Source of the DNA: Escherichia phage ECP_WGS_SA1
Sequence record: PQ604604
Strand: one strand, 5' to 3'
Length of the DNA stretch: 64,000 nucleotides
Under the pieces are notes generated by a model. It did no database searches and was not told the DNA's origin. It saw only the letters and a program-made list of their open reading frames with translations. The translations under genes were made by a program, and so were the position numbers. This document shows, piece after piece, positions 50,821-60,432 of this stretch. How positions within the stretch are numbered: the first letter of the stretch is position 1; each line of letters begins with the position of its first letter.

Positions 50821-52491
50821 ATGTCAATTGAACATGACAATCTTCCAGAGGATACAGGTGATGAATTTGGTGCAATCTTTGACGAAATTCAAGACGCTGG
50901 TGTTTCAGAAGAAATGCAAGCGGCAGAGCAGCAAGGCACCAGAGCTAAAATCAGCCTACAGCACAAGGCTGTTGAGAAAGATGCAGAGCGCATGGAATGC
51001 TACGGTGAAGAAGACTTGGTTGAAAGAGCACGTTTGCTCGCCTCACTTCAGGTAATCAAGTTCCCTCATTATAAACCGACGAAAGATGATTTTGTTCTTC
51101 AGGCGGACCGGACGAGTGACATGAACCGTTATGCGGTTTTCGACGCGTTGTTTGATAAGGGAAGCGGCGTTGTTCCATTCCCTCACAAAGATACTTTTCG
51201 TGGGCGCTTAGTCGACCATCGCGGCGAAACATTCACCGACCGGACGTTGGAAGTCACAGAGATAGTTGCCGCTGTCGACGCAGCAGGACTGTCCAACCCA
51301 AATTCACGTCAGGTCGCTCAATCCTATAAGGAATGGGCCATGCGTTATCAGCGCGATGACCTGATGGACTTCTTCTACAAGAAGCTGCCTGAATGGGACG
51401 GTACTGCGCGCATTGAGAAATACCTTATCGAGCTATTCCGACCGTTCGATACAGAGTTAAACCGACAAATCGGTGTGTATTTTTGGCTATCGCTCTATAA
51501 CCGCCTGACCAACCCTGGCTGTCAAGCGCCAATCTCCATTGCGCTCATCGGCGGCCAGAACGCAGGGAAGAGTTATTTTAGTAAGCTGCTTTGCGAAGCT
51601 ATTATGAACGACCGCCACGCAACACCGATTCCGTTGAACTTGGCCGCGCAGAACTTCAACCCGTTCTTGCGAGCTATTACGGGTCGCTCAATTATCGCGA
51701 ACGTTGGCGAGATGACAGGCTTTAAAAAGGCCGACATCGAAAACATGAAAGCATTCCTGACTAAGACGGAAGATGACCTGGACTTCAAATTTGAAGACAC
51801 GCAGGTTAAACCACGCCAGTGGATTGCGATCATGGACGGCAACGAATACGCAGGCATGCAGCGTGACGATACGGGCAACCGTCGTGTGTATCCTATCTTT
51901 GTTGGCCAACTCGCCGACAAGGACGGGCAACCGAACTGGTCGAAAGACTTCCAAGCTGACCTTTCCACTTTGAAAGAAGATGTTTGGCAGTTGATGGCTG
52001 AGTGCGCTGCGTGGATGGAGAAGCACGGCGAAGCAGGTTACAATGCCTTTGTTGGTGAAACATCTCGTATGCTTACTGAGTTCAGTAAGAACGAAATGGA
52101 ACGCGCTCGCGGCGTTATCCGTGATGAGATGGTCGACAACGACCTTGTTGAAGTCATCATTACCGCGCCTTATGACCGACATCACAGCGGACGCTGGCAC
52201 ATCACCAGTGGTGCAATCGCTATGGGATTCAGAGCTAAGTGCGGCAAGTCGCCTTTCTCACGTACCCTTGCGCCGCACATGTCGAAGCTTGGATTTGAGC
52301 CTGCAACCTATCGCAACCAGCGTGGCTACTTTACGCCGCTGATTAAGAATGAAGCAGGGGAATACATTTCTGACTTGATGACTATCTTAGCGTATCTTAT
52401 CCGCGACGAGTCTGACCCTGAAGATATTGAATTCTTGAAGAAGGTTATTGAACGCAAACGTTCTTTAGGAAGAGATAAGGATGAATTCTGA
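50821..52491 (+). CDS. Primase-associated P-loop helicase (D5/P4/VirE-like)
   Basis: Walker A IGGQNAGKSY, Walker B-like region; CAGGAGGA RBS. Confidence 0.65.
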   Translation: MSIEHDNLPEDTGDEFGAIFDEIQDAGVSEEMQAAEQQGTRAKISLQHKAVEKDAERMECYGEEDLVERARLLASLQVIKFPHYKPTKDDFVLQADRTSDMNRYAVFDALFDKGSGVVPFPHKDTFRGRLVDHRGETFTDRTLEVTEIVAAVDAAGLSNPNSRQVAQSYKEWAMRYQRDDLMDFFYKKLPEWDGTARIEKYLIELFRPFDTELNRQIGVYFWLSLYNRLTNPGCQAPISIALIGGQNAGKSYFSKLLCEAIMNDRHATPIPLNLAAQNFNPFLRAITGRSIIANVGEMTGFKKADIENMKAFLTKTEDDLDFKFEDTQVKPRQWIAIMDGNEYAGMQRDDTGNRRVYPIFVGQLADKDGQPNWSKDFQADLSTLKEDVWQLMAECAAWMEKHGEAGYNAFVGETSRMLTEFSKNEMERARGVIRDEMVDNDLVEVIITAPYDRHHSGRWHITSGAIAMGFRAKCGKSPFSRTLAPHMSKLGFEPATYRNQRGYFTPLIKNEAGEYISDLMTILAYLIRDESDPEDIEFLKKVIERKRSLGRDKDEF

Positions 52492-53138
52492 TGAATAAAG
52501 CAATCAACATCGCTAAATTCTTTCAAAATCTCGGTGAACTGAACAAAGAGAGTGACGTTCACGGAGAAGAAATGAACCGGATGATTTCAACCGTGTTGCG
52601 TGGTTTTGGGTACGATAAGGACTCCATCACCTGTAAACGCACGAAGCTTGTCGATGAGACATACCTTTACTACGTTGAATTGCGCGTAGGCAAAGATTTG
52701 ATGATCATCGACCCTAAATTGGAAGGGGCGCATTGTTTTGGCGCTCACCCTCGTGCAAGTGAATTCAAGGGGCGCGGTCGCAACCGACTCCAGAAGCTTG
52801 ATGATGCAGGCGACCTGAACATCTCAATGTTCCTCAAAGAGTTCCTTGCGCTGCCGAAGGTCGCATCTTCAACGGGTCGTGATGACCTGTGCAAGATTGG
52901 ATTCAGAACTAAAGATTTGCGCAATGCGCTACGCAAGAAGGGATTTGTGCCTTCTTATGATAACGTCGCCGCGCTGATGGCTTCCATGGAGGAAGCTGAA
53001 GCAATGGATAAGGTGCGCGGATATTTCCTGAATACAGGCTACACAATGTATGAGTGGCACAACAAAGGATTGACGGTCGCCGACTTCATCTATTCATTAG
53101 AGCAGAAGTATGTACGCAATATGCAGGCCACAGGATAA
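52491..53138 (+). CDS. Hypothetical protein
   Basis: ORF 215 aa, coupled to helicase. Confidence 0.5.
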   Translation: MNKAINIAKFFQNLGELNKESDVHGEEMNRMISTVLRGFGYDKDSITCKRTKLVDETYLYYVELRVGKDLMIIDPKLEGAHCFGAHPRASEFKGRGRNRLQKLDDAGDLNISMFLKEFLALPKVASSTGRDDLCKIGFRTKDLRNALRKKGFVPSYDNVAALMASMEEAEAMDKVRGYFLNTGYTMYEWHNKGLTVADFIYSLEQKYVRNMQATG

Positions 53139-53177
53139 TTATCATCAAAATATTTGCTTTTCTGACGAGGTGATATT

Positions 53178-53402
53178 ATGATTAATTTAGACAGGATTGA
53201 GTTAGCACTTAGTACCTTAATCAAATATTACCAGTTTGCTTTTAAGGCAAGTTTGTTTGGCTTGTTCAATCCTCATCAAGCAGCAAAGGCGCGAAGCAAT
53301 GCCAACCGCCTGCGCTGCACTGGTATAGTCATCCACGACCGGATATTGACAGAGGGTAGATTCAGCCATGAATACACAAGGGAGAATAACAAAGCAACGT
53401 AG
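53178..53402 (+). CDS. Hypothetical protein
   Basis: GAGGTGA RBS. Confidence 0.4.
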   Translation: MINLDRIELALSTLIKYYQFAFKASLFGLFNPHQAAKARSNANRLRCTGIVIHDRILTEGRFSHEYTRENNKAT

Positions 53403-53573
53403 GGCTTTACAAGTCCTCATCTACTACCTGACACGCCTTTATCCAACGGCGCACGAGCAGAATCCATCAACGGGTCACCTGTTTAAGCGCCGTAACCTTT
53501 CGTTGAAAACATTCGCTTTAATCCAATACGACCGCTACCTGGACGGGCGCTACTGCGGCCCGAAGGACTCACT

Positions 53574-53852
53574 ATGATTACTACATACAAAGTATTCTTT
53601 GTCAAATGCACATCATCAATTGATGACCAGTTTACTGCTGGAAAGAATTATCCCGTGATTTCTGAGTCAAGGTTAGATATAATCTTGAACGATCATGAAA
53701 TCTATGAGCCGATGCCAGCAACTGCGTTTGATGTTATCGGTCACGTTCGGATTAAGACGAATGTTGAAACGATGCATGACCCGTTGTTCAAGAAACAAAT
53801 TAAGAATGCCATGCAAGACTTTTGCGCGGCTATGTTCAAATACTATAAGTGA
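53574..53852 (+). CDS. Hypothetical protein
   Basis: ORF. Confidence 0.4.
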   Translation: MITTYKVFFVKCTSSIDDQFTAGKNYPVISESRLDIILNDHEIYEPMPATAFDVIGHVRIKTNVETMHDPLFKKQIKNAMQDFCAAMFKYYK

Positions 53853-53859
53853 GTTGAAG

Positions 53860-54081
53860 ATGAGCAAGAAAACTCTTAAGGCTGGCGACCGTATCCGTTG
53901 GGTGTCGGGACAAAATATGCGCGCAGGCACCATCCTTGAGCTGGATCAATACCTTACTGATTCGCGCGGTCGCAATCATTACCGTGTTCGAATCGATACG
54001 GTAAAAGAAGATGACAAGTCACTTGTTGGTGAAGTGGTCATCGTTACTCCACGTCAAATTAAGGCGGCTTGTGAAGCATGA
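53860..54081 (+). CDS. Small hypothetical protein
   Basis: Internal start MSKKTLKAGD with GAAG-type RBS. Confidence 0.4.
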   Translation: MSKKTLKAGDRIRWVSGQNMRAGTILELDQYLTDSRGRNHYRVRIDTVKEDDKSLVGEVVIVTPRQIKAACEA

Positions 54082-54229
54082 ATAAATTTCAGTTCAACGA
54101 TAACAAGATAAGTAAAGCAGACGCAATCAAGCAGCTTCGCCGCGTACTTGAAGCCAGCGGCCATACGAAAGAGCGTGCACGCGTCCTAGCCAAAGAACAT
54201 TATAAACGTTTTGTGTCACAAATCAGAGG

Positions 54230-54583
54230 TTGACCATGGCTCATGTTAAAGACGAAGTTTTATACGGCGCAGAGATTAAGAAGCGNNNNNNNNNNNNNNN
54301 NNNNNNNNNNNNNNNNNNNNNNNNNNNNNNNNNNNNNNNNNNNNNNNNTGGCGTATCCGGCACGAAGGAGATGGGCGTGTTGGTGAAAGACATTCGCGTT
54401 GGGGATGTCATGGTCATCGACCGACAAGCGCGAGTCGTTATCCAGGTGCAACCGAACGATGATGAAGGGTGTGTCCTATTGAAGCTGAAGAAGCTTTCAT
54501 CCAGCCCAGCAAAGGCTATCATCAAGAAGGTCTGGCCCGAAGGATTACGCAAACTCATTCGTCGACCCGTGGAGAATGTGTGA
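54230..54583 (+). CDS. Hypothetical protein (partly N-masked)
   Basis: ORF. Confidence 0.35.
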   Translation: MTMAHVKDEVLYGAEIKKXXXXXXXXXXXXXXXXXXXXXXGVSGTKEMGVLVKDIRVGDVMVIDRQARVVIQVQPNDDEGCVLLKLKKLSSSPAKAIIKKVWPEGLRKLIRRPVENV

Positions 54584-54819
54584 TGGAAGATTATATTAAC
54601 GCCATGTATATTGCATTCTATGTCGTTCAACTTCCCAATGGCGCGGTATTTTATGGCGAGTACACCTTTGACGTTCAATATGACGTTTCAGAGCGTACAG
54701 TGTTAACAAGAGAGTTGATTGCGGACCTTAAGGACGACATCAAACGCGTCGCGCGGCAGCAGTTCAATTTGGATGACACAGTCATCGTTCGTATAACCGG
54801 AATAACAGAGGTGCAGTGA
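54583..54819 (+). CDS. Hypothetical protein
   Basis: TGATG overlap with upstream gene. Confidence 0.4.
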   Translation: MEDYINAMYIAFYVVQLPNGAVFYGEYTFDVQYDVSERTVLTRELIADLKDDIKRVARQQFNLDDTVIVRITGITEVQ

Positions 54820-55154
54820 TGACCCGTGATCAGATACTCGCCGCGCATGAACGTGNNNNNNNNNNNNNNNNNNNNNNNNNNNNNNNNNNNNNNNNNNNNN
54901 NNNNNNNNNNNNNNNNNNNNNNNNNNNNNNNNNNNNNNNNNNNNNNNNNNNNNNNNNNNNNNNNNNNNNNNNNNNNNNNNNNNNNNNNNNNNNNNNNNNN
55001 NNNNNNNNNNNNNNNNNNNNNNNNNNNNNNNNNNNNNNNNNNNNNNNNNNNNNNNNNNNTCTATCGATTCTCTCACCGGACGGGTGATACAAAGATAACA
55101 AGGACACGTGACCAGATAGAGATTGACCTACTCCACTATGTAAAATGAATATCA

Positions 55155-55186
55155 AAAAGGTGAGCTAAATGCTTGCCTTTTCTTTT
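55155..55186 (+). terminator. Intrinsic terminator (cassette copy 1)
   Basis: GGTGAGC-TAAAT-GCTTGCC (G-U pairs) then TTTTCTTTT. Confidence 0.5.
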
Positions 55187-55201
55187 ATCAATACTTATAC
55201 T
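55173..55201 (+). promoter_or_regulatory. Promoter overlapping terminator (cassette copy 1)
   Basis: TTGCCT (downstream terminator stem) - 17 nt - TATACT. Confidence 0.45.
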
Positions 55202-55233
55202 CTTTTCATCAATACTAACAAGCGAGGTGAATT

Positions 55234-55551
55234 ATGATTTACTTAGGCATCGACCAGGAACAAGACGAGCGGTTAGGAAGCGTGTTAAACGTAGAATTAA
55301 ACACAGCTGTACACGTCAAGCCTTGGCCAGAGGCTCATCCCGACGTAGTTGTACCCGTTGCGCCTTGGACGCGTTACGTTGCCATTGACGATGAAGGCCT
55401 TGTGCATTGTTACTCAGAAAAACCGACATACTTCGAAAAGTATCGCCAATGGCTTATGACTGGTTGGGCAAAGGTGCGCTGTTGCGGCGAAGTCGGTCTG
55501 GAAGGCTGGAGCTTCAAGGCTAGTGAATCGTGTGTCGAGGTGCAATTATGA
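55234..55551 (+). CDS. Hypothetical protein
   Basis: GAGGTGA RBS; first gene after terminator-promoter cassette. Confidence 0.5.
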   Translation: MIYLGIDQEQDERLGSVLNVELNTAVHVKPWPEAHPDVVVPVAPWTRYVAIDDEGLVHCYSEKPTYFEKYRQWLMTGWAKVRCCGEVGLEGWSFKASESCVEVQL

Positions 55552-55762
55552 ATGCCGCGCTGGGTAAGCTGTCTTTCAACAAGCGCAATGAGTTGCGCAT
55601 GGTGTCTCGTTTTCAANNNNNNNNNNNNNNNNNNNNNNNNNNNNNNNNNNNNNNNNNNNNNNNNNNNNNNNNNNNNNNNNNNNNNNNNNNNNNNNNNNNN
55701 NNNNNNNAACAATTACNANATGCTGCTTATAANCTGCAGCAATATGCTATGGAGTATGCAAA

Positions 55763-56047
55763 ATGAAGATGCAAAGATGTCCACATTGCTTGTCCACGAT
55801 GCGGCTTACTGCTGAAGAATATTTACATCACGTTAACGTTTGTGAGGCTAATCCTGAAAATTCGACGCGTTACTATTATCACTATCACGCAGAAGCGGAA
55901 GATGGATCAGGCGCAACAGGAATCGTTACCACGAAAGAAATGGTGATCACCAAAAAGGCGTATGAAAGTCTGCTTGATACAATAAAGGAAGTATCTGGAA
56001 AAGAAATAATCTGCATCAAATCTTTGTCTTTCTTACACGAGGTGTAA
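55763..56047 (+). CDS. Zinc-ribbon protein (paralog A)
   Basis: N-terminal RCPHC...HHVNVCEANP; paralog of next gene. Confidence 0.45.
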   Translation: MKMQRCPHCLSTMRLTAEEYLHHVNVCEANPENSTRYYYHYHAEAEDGSGATGIVTTKEMVITKKAYESLLDTIKEVSGKEIICIKSLSFLHEV

Positions 56048-56048
56048 A

Positions 56049-56432
56049 ATGAGAATGAAACGTTGTCCGTATTGCCACGATGTAATGCATCTTCCGCATG
56101 AAGAGTTCGTGCAGCACATGACTAATTGTGATAAGAATCCTAAGAGCGAAAGCCAGCTTGAAGAAAGAATGTTTCTGGTGTCATTCAANNNNNNNNNNNN
56201 NNNNNNNNNNNNNNNNNNNNNNNNNNNNNNNNNNNNNNNNNNNNNNNNNNCATTGAGAAGCGACATTGACTCAATGCAGCTTGCGGCCTGGATTAACGTT
56301 AAGGAAGGCATCACTCCGCACTTTATCGCGCGCATCCAGTCCCAGATTCTACAAATCAAGCGCGAATACAACCGTGACATCACTGAAGTGAAGGTTCTTT
56401 CCATAACGCCGATGAATAAGGAGTTACCGTGA
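56049..56432 (+). CDS. Zinc-ribbon protein (paralog B, partly N-masked)
   Basis: N-terminal RCPYC...QHMTNCDKNP. Confidence 0.45.
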   Translation: MRMKRCPYCHDVMHLPHEEFVQHMTNCDKNPKSESQLEERMFLVSFXXXXXXXXXXXXXXXXXXXXXXLRSDIDSMQLAAWINVKEGITPHFIARIQSQILQIKREYNRDITEVKVLSITPMNKELP

Positions 56433-56689
56433 ACAAGGGTCCGATGACTAAACTGGCCGTTGCCGCGCGGAAGCTTCGACAGGCCGTTAATGGGTCGCGG
56501 CCCGTGGTGTTAACACTCGACGACGCAAAGGCGCTGGTAGAGCTACTCGACGAGCACAACCGACGCAAGAATCTGGAGAACACATTACGCTGGCGCGTCA
56601 CTCCAGCCGGACGGGAGAGCGAGAAGAAAGCTTACTTGCGACGCAAACTAAGGTCAGTCGGCCTTCACGAAGAGGCGAAGAAGATTTGA
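56429..56689 (+). CDS. Hypothetical basic protein
   Basis: ORF followed by intrinsic terminator. Confidence 0.45.
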   Translation: MNKGPMTKLAVAARKLRQAVNGSRPVVLTLDDAKALVELLDEHNRRKNLENTLRWRVTPAGRESEKKAYLRRKLRSVGLHEEAKKI

Positions 56690-56693
56690 TTCA

Positions 56694-56725
56694 AAAAGGT
56701 GAGCTAAATGCTTGCCTTTTTATTT
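56694..56725 (+). terminator. Intrinsic terminator (cassette copy 2)
   Basis: Identical GGTGAGCTAAATGCTTGCC then TTTTTATTT. Confidence 0.5.
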
Positions 56726-56739
56726 GCCTGTATTATACT
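56712..56739 (+). promoter_or_regulatory. Promoter overlapping terminator (cassette copy 2)
   Basis: TTGCCT - 16 nt - TATACT; near-duplicate of 55173 cassette. Confidence 0.45.
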
Positions 56740-57550
56740 TGTTTCATCAAGCAAAGGAGAATGATTATGAGNNNNNNNNNNNNNNNNNNNNNNNNNNNNN
56801 NNNNNNNNNNNNNNNNNNNNNNNNNNNNNNNNNNNNNNNNNNNNNNNNNNNNNNNNNNNNNNNNNNNNNNNNNNNNNNNNNNNNNNNNNNNNNNNNNNNN
56901 NNNNNNNNNNNNNNNNNNNNNNNNNNNNNNNNNNNNNNNNNNNNNNNNNNNNNNNNNNNNNNNNNNNNNNNNNNNNNNNNNNNNNNNNNNNNNNNNNNNN
57001 NNNNNNNNNNNNNNNNNNNNNNNNNNNNNNNNNNNNNNNNNNNNNNNNNNNNNNNNNNNNNNNNNNNNNNNNNNNNNNNNNNNNNNNNNNNNNNNNNNNN
57101 NNNNNNNNNNNNNNNNNNNNNNNNNNNNNNNNNNNNNNNNNNNNNNNNNNNNNNNNNNNNNNNNNNNNNNNNNNNNNNNNNNNNNNNNNNNNNNNNNNNN
57201 NNNNNNNNNNNNNNNNNNNNNNNNNNNNNNNNNNNNNNNNNNNNNNNNNNNNNNNNNNNNNNNNNNNNNNNNNNNNNNNNNNNNNNNNNNNNNNNNNNNN
57301 NNNNNNNNNNNNNNNNNNNNNNNNNNNNNNNNNNNNNNNNNNNNNNNNNNNNNNNNNNNNNNNNNTTATGACATCAAATCTTAAAGCCCGTTTATTATTT
57401 ATCAAGCCGCATGTGCCGTATAAGATTAGCAAGCGCACCTGGCTTAACATTTACAACCGCAGCGGTGACCGTTGCTTGTACAAGGCAAAGCGACGCAAGA
57501 AGGTATATTNNNNNNNNNNNNNNNNNNNNNNNNNNNNNNNNNNNNNNNAA

Positions 57551-58054
57551 ATGAAAATCGAACAACTAGAAGCAGTACTGGAAATGGCTGTAAAGGCTGG
57601 CGCAATTAAAAGCTATCGCCGCGAGAAGTCAGACGATGATAAGGTGTTTTGTCGCAACTTCTATATCGTTGGCAACCTTAATGACCACTACACCATCGAG
57701 TGGTATATCAATATCATGACCCTTAAGTCGCGCACCATGGAGCTTTGGTGTGATGACATCTGCTTGTCTAACACCCATCCATCCTACGACGTTGCGTTGG
57801 CATTCTATTACGGAAGCCGTCAGCCTGTCGCCCACATAGGCGAGAAGCATGAGCATCTTAAGGCGCAACCAGAGGAATCAATGGAAGGCTGGATTGAATG
57901 GGCTGGCGGCAAGAATCCGGTGCCTGGTAAGAAGGTCATGCTGATGTGGAGGAATGAAGGGAAGTCGTCGTATTCGTCCAATTCAGAGGGATGGCTATGG
58001 CATCACAACGGAAGCGTTTATGACATCATCGCTTATCGCGTCGTGGAGGAATAA
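57551..58054 (+). CDS. Hypothetical protein with WxGGxNPVPG C-terminal motif
   Basis: Start just after an N-run; motif WAGGKNPVPGKKV shared with 58938..59369. Confidence 0.45.
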   Translation: MKIEQLEAVLEMAVKAGAIKSYRREKSDDDKVFCRNFYIVGNLNDHYTIEWYINIMTLKSRTMELWCDDICLSNTHPSYDVALAFYYGSRQPVAHIGEKHEHLKAQPEESMEGWIEWAGGKNPVPGKKVMLMWRNEGKSSYSSNSEGWLWHHNGSVYDIIAYRVVEE

Positions 58055-58395
58055 TGGAAGAGCAAGAAGGTCGTGAGCTAACGTTCGACGAGCAAATGAA
58101 AGAGCTTCAGCGCACATCGCCGCTGCGCGGTAAGGTTGTTGACATCGAGGCGAGTGAATCCAATCTCACCCAGTGGCGGCTTAAGTGCATCAGCACAAGC
58201 AAGGACATGTTAAGCTTCAAAGTCGGTCAGACTTATTTGCTTTATGAGGCAAAAGGACTTATTATTGATGGAAGGCAAATTGTCTTCACCGTCGTCAACG
58301 GTATGCGTTGGTTCGTGAAGCGTGATGTCGAGGGTCGTGACATGTTTGTCGCAGGCTTTCCAGAAACAAGATTCCAATTGGAGAAGGTCAAATGA
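58054..58395 (+). CDS. Hypothetical protein
   Basis: Coupled ORF. Confidence 0.45.
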   Translation: MEEQEGRELTFDEQMKELQRTSPLRGKVVDIEASESNLTQWRLKCISTSKDMLSFKVGQTYLLYEAKGLIIDGRQIVFTVVNGMRWFVKRDVEGRDMFVAGFPETRFQLEKVK

Positions 58396-58724
58396 AATTG
58401 AAATGGTATGTGGACCCTGAGCCAACAGGCCAATACAGGTCATTCCAACGTCGCGGCTGGCCGACTTGTTACAGCGGCAATCCCGATAAAGAAGACTGCG
58501 AGTTGCTTGCCGCTATCGTAAGCCTCGACCATCACGGCTATGAAGGCCACTACGCGAGAGCAACCAACCTTCGGCTCAAGGTGCGCATCCATTTCAAGGT
58601 CGCAGGCGAGGACCGCACCGGACTCTCCAAGGAAGAGTTCAGCAGCATCGCTGAAGCAAAGGCATGGCTCAAGGCTTTCTATAAGAACAACCCTAAATTC
58701 TATCCAACTAAGGATGCATTATGA
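58392..58724 (+). CDS. Hypothetical protein
   Basis: Coupled ORF. Confidence 0.45.
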   Translation: MKLKWYVDPEPTGQYRSFQRRGWPTCYSGNPDKEDCELLAAIVSLDHHGYEGHYARATNLRLKVRIHFKVAGEDRTGLSKEEFSSIAEAKAWLKAFYKNNPKFYPTKDAL

Positions 58725-58954
58725 CTGATAAACAATACGCAGTCGGGCAACGTGACATCGAGCAACTCGACGAGGGCGGCTATTATACGCGCCACATCTA
58801 TGCCATGACTCATGAAGGACTTTACAGCAAGTCAGACATCGCCGCTGAACTGGCTCACCGTGACTTGCAAATTGACATGTTGCGTCTTGCGCTTGAGAAA
58901 CAAACGCAAATCGCTATTGAAATTTTGGAGAAGTTAAATGATACAACGTTATGA
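58721..58954 (+). CDS. Hypothetical protein
   Basis: Coupled ORF. Confidence 0.4.
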   Translation: MTDKQYAVGQRDIEQLDEGGYYTRHIYAMTHEGLYSKSDIAAELAHRDLQIDMLRLALEKQTQIAIEILEKLNDTTL

Positions 58955-59369
58955 CCTGACATACGATGTGGCGACAGAAGATTTCGACATCACTCCTGTT
59001 CCAGAAAGTCACGAAGGACGTTTTGTTGCATATGAAGACTATGCCGCGCTGGAAGCGAAATATGGTGAAGCGCAACGCGAGTTGGTTGCATTACTCTCAC
59101 AGGTCCGTGATGCGTCGGCGCTCGTGAAGCAGTTGCATGACGTTGTTGCTACTATAGGCGTGGATGTTGATTCGCCGAAGGAGGAAGCGTGGACCGTGTG
59201 GCGTGGTGGCGAGAATCCGGTGCCTGGGGAGATGGTNNNNNNNNNNNNNNNNNNNNNNNNNNNNNNNNNNNNNNNNNNNNNNNNNNNNNNNNNNNNNNNN
59301 NNNNNNNNNNNNNNNNNNNNNNNNNNNNNNNNNNNNNNNNNNNNNNATCGGGTCGTTAAGGAGGGGTGA
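58938..59369 (+). CDS. Hypothetical protein with WxGGxNPVPG motif (partly N-masked)
   Basis: Motif WRGGENPVPGEM and RVV[EK]E C-terminus shared with 57551..58054. Confidence 0.4.
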   Translation: MIQRYDLTYDVATEDFDITPVPESHEGRFVAYEDYAALEAKYGEAQRELVALLSQVRDASALVKQLHDVVATIGVDVDSPKEEAWTVWRGGENPVPGEMXXXXXXXXXXXXXXXXXXXXXXXXXXXXXXXXXXXXXXRVVKEG

Positions 59370-59818
59370 TGGGTAAACGGCTTATCGCTGCTGGTTGGGC
59401 CATACCGAAGTGGGGCCATCGTGCGCATTACTTTGACGAAGGAGAAGTGCAAAGCCTTTGTGGTCGCGCAACGTATTTCGGTGATGAACGCGTCAGCGGC
59501 GATTATATCGATTCGCTTTTAGGCAAAGGTGATTGCAAGAAGTGCCAGAATATATTGAGAGATATTCTTACGCAAAAAGGATTGCTTGAGCTTGATGAAT
59601 CGGAAGAAGTAATTGAGCTTAAGCTGGAAGCCAATCACCTTATTAATATGTTCAAGAATTATTACTTAACTAATATGCGCTCAAAGATGCGTAAGGAAGT
59701 AATAGAAGAGGTACTCACTTACAATCCTTTAAGGATGAATAAAACTAAATTGAAGAAGTTTAATATAATGATAAGGAAGGAATTTAAAAGGCTTGGAGTG
59801 AAGAATTTTATATTTTAA
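59366..59818 (+). CDS. Hypothetical protein with Cys cluster
   Basis: ORF followed by strong intrinsic terminator. Confidence 0.45.
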   Translation: MMGKRLIAAGWAIPKWGHRAHYFDEGEVQSLCGRATYFGDERVSGDYIDSLLGKGDCKKCQNILRDILTQKGLLELDESEEVIELKLEANHLINMFKNYYLTNMRSKMRKEVIEEVLTYNPLRMNKTKLKKFNIMIRKEFKRLGVKNFIF

Positions 59819-59834
59819 TAGTGATTAATGTTAA

Positions 59835-59858
59835 GAGGGCCGATTGGCCCTTTTTGTT
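59835..59858 (+). terminator. Intrinsic terminator ending the plus-strand small-gene block
   Basis: AGGGCCGATTGGCCCT then TTTTTGTTTG. Confidence 0.7.
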
Positions 59859-59859
59859 T

Positions 59860-60080
59860 GNNNTTGTTNTGTGAGTCTTTATTATCGGATAAAGCGATTG
59901 ATTTGTGTAAATCTATTAGAGGATGGTGGGGTGTGAGTATTGTGACGTGATTTTTGTGTCTTGAATATGTGTGCGAATTTGGAAGAATATTGTACTGTGG
60001 TGTTGTGGGATTGGAGAGGGAATCACTAGGAATTGGAGCGTGTACCGTGGTGTGTGGGCCTGTAGGCTGCGCCGCCTCTG
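59860..60080 (+). other. G+T-rich, C-poor tract
   Basis: About 200 nt with very few C on plus strand, no ORF. Confidence 0.4.
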
Positions 60081-60224
60081 GGATTGCCGCTTGAAATTAA
60101 AAAGGAGATATAGTTAGCTGGCTAACCTTACGCATAGAATTTAAACGTATAATGACGTAAGATTTGGACCTATCCGTAGTTCACTCCACACACTTCTATG
60201 GTGCGCCGCGACTGGGTTCAGTGG

Positions 60225-60432
60225 TACATCTTACGGATGATACGGATGATACGCGTCGCCGCTATACTTTATACAACTTTGAAAAAAACAATTAACTCCA
60301 TTTTGAATTAATTTAAATTAATTTTTTTCTACATCCTCATACTTATACTAAACTTGTGTTTATACGTATTATCCGTAAGATATAAGTAAAAACAAAGACT
60401 TGCGGCAATACGGATGATACGTCATGATACGC
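60225..60432. repeat. Second iteron-like repeat island (same unit)
   Basis: About 50 bp near-identical to 8809-8860, plus extra copies at 60364 and 60408 flanking an AT-rich stretch. Confidence 0.6.

Noticed and set aside
56686-57450. ORFs made largely of X residues across N-runs (also 48-389, 54675-55155, 63217-63538)
   Set aside because: Translations through masked bases are not interpretable; only unmasked ends were used
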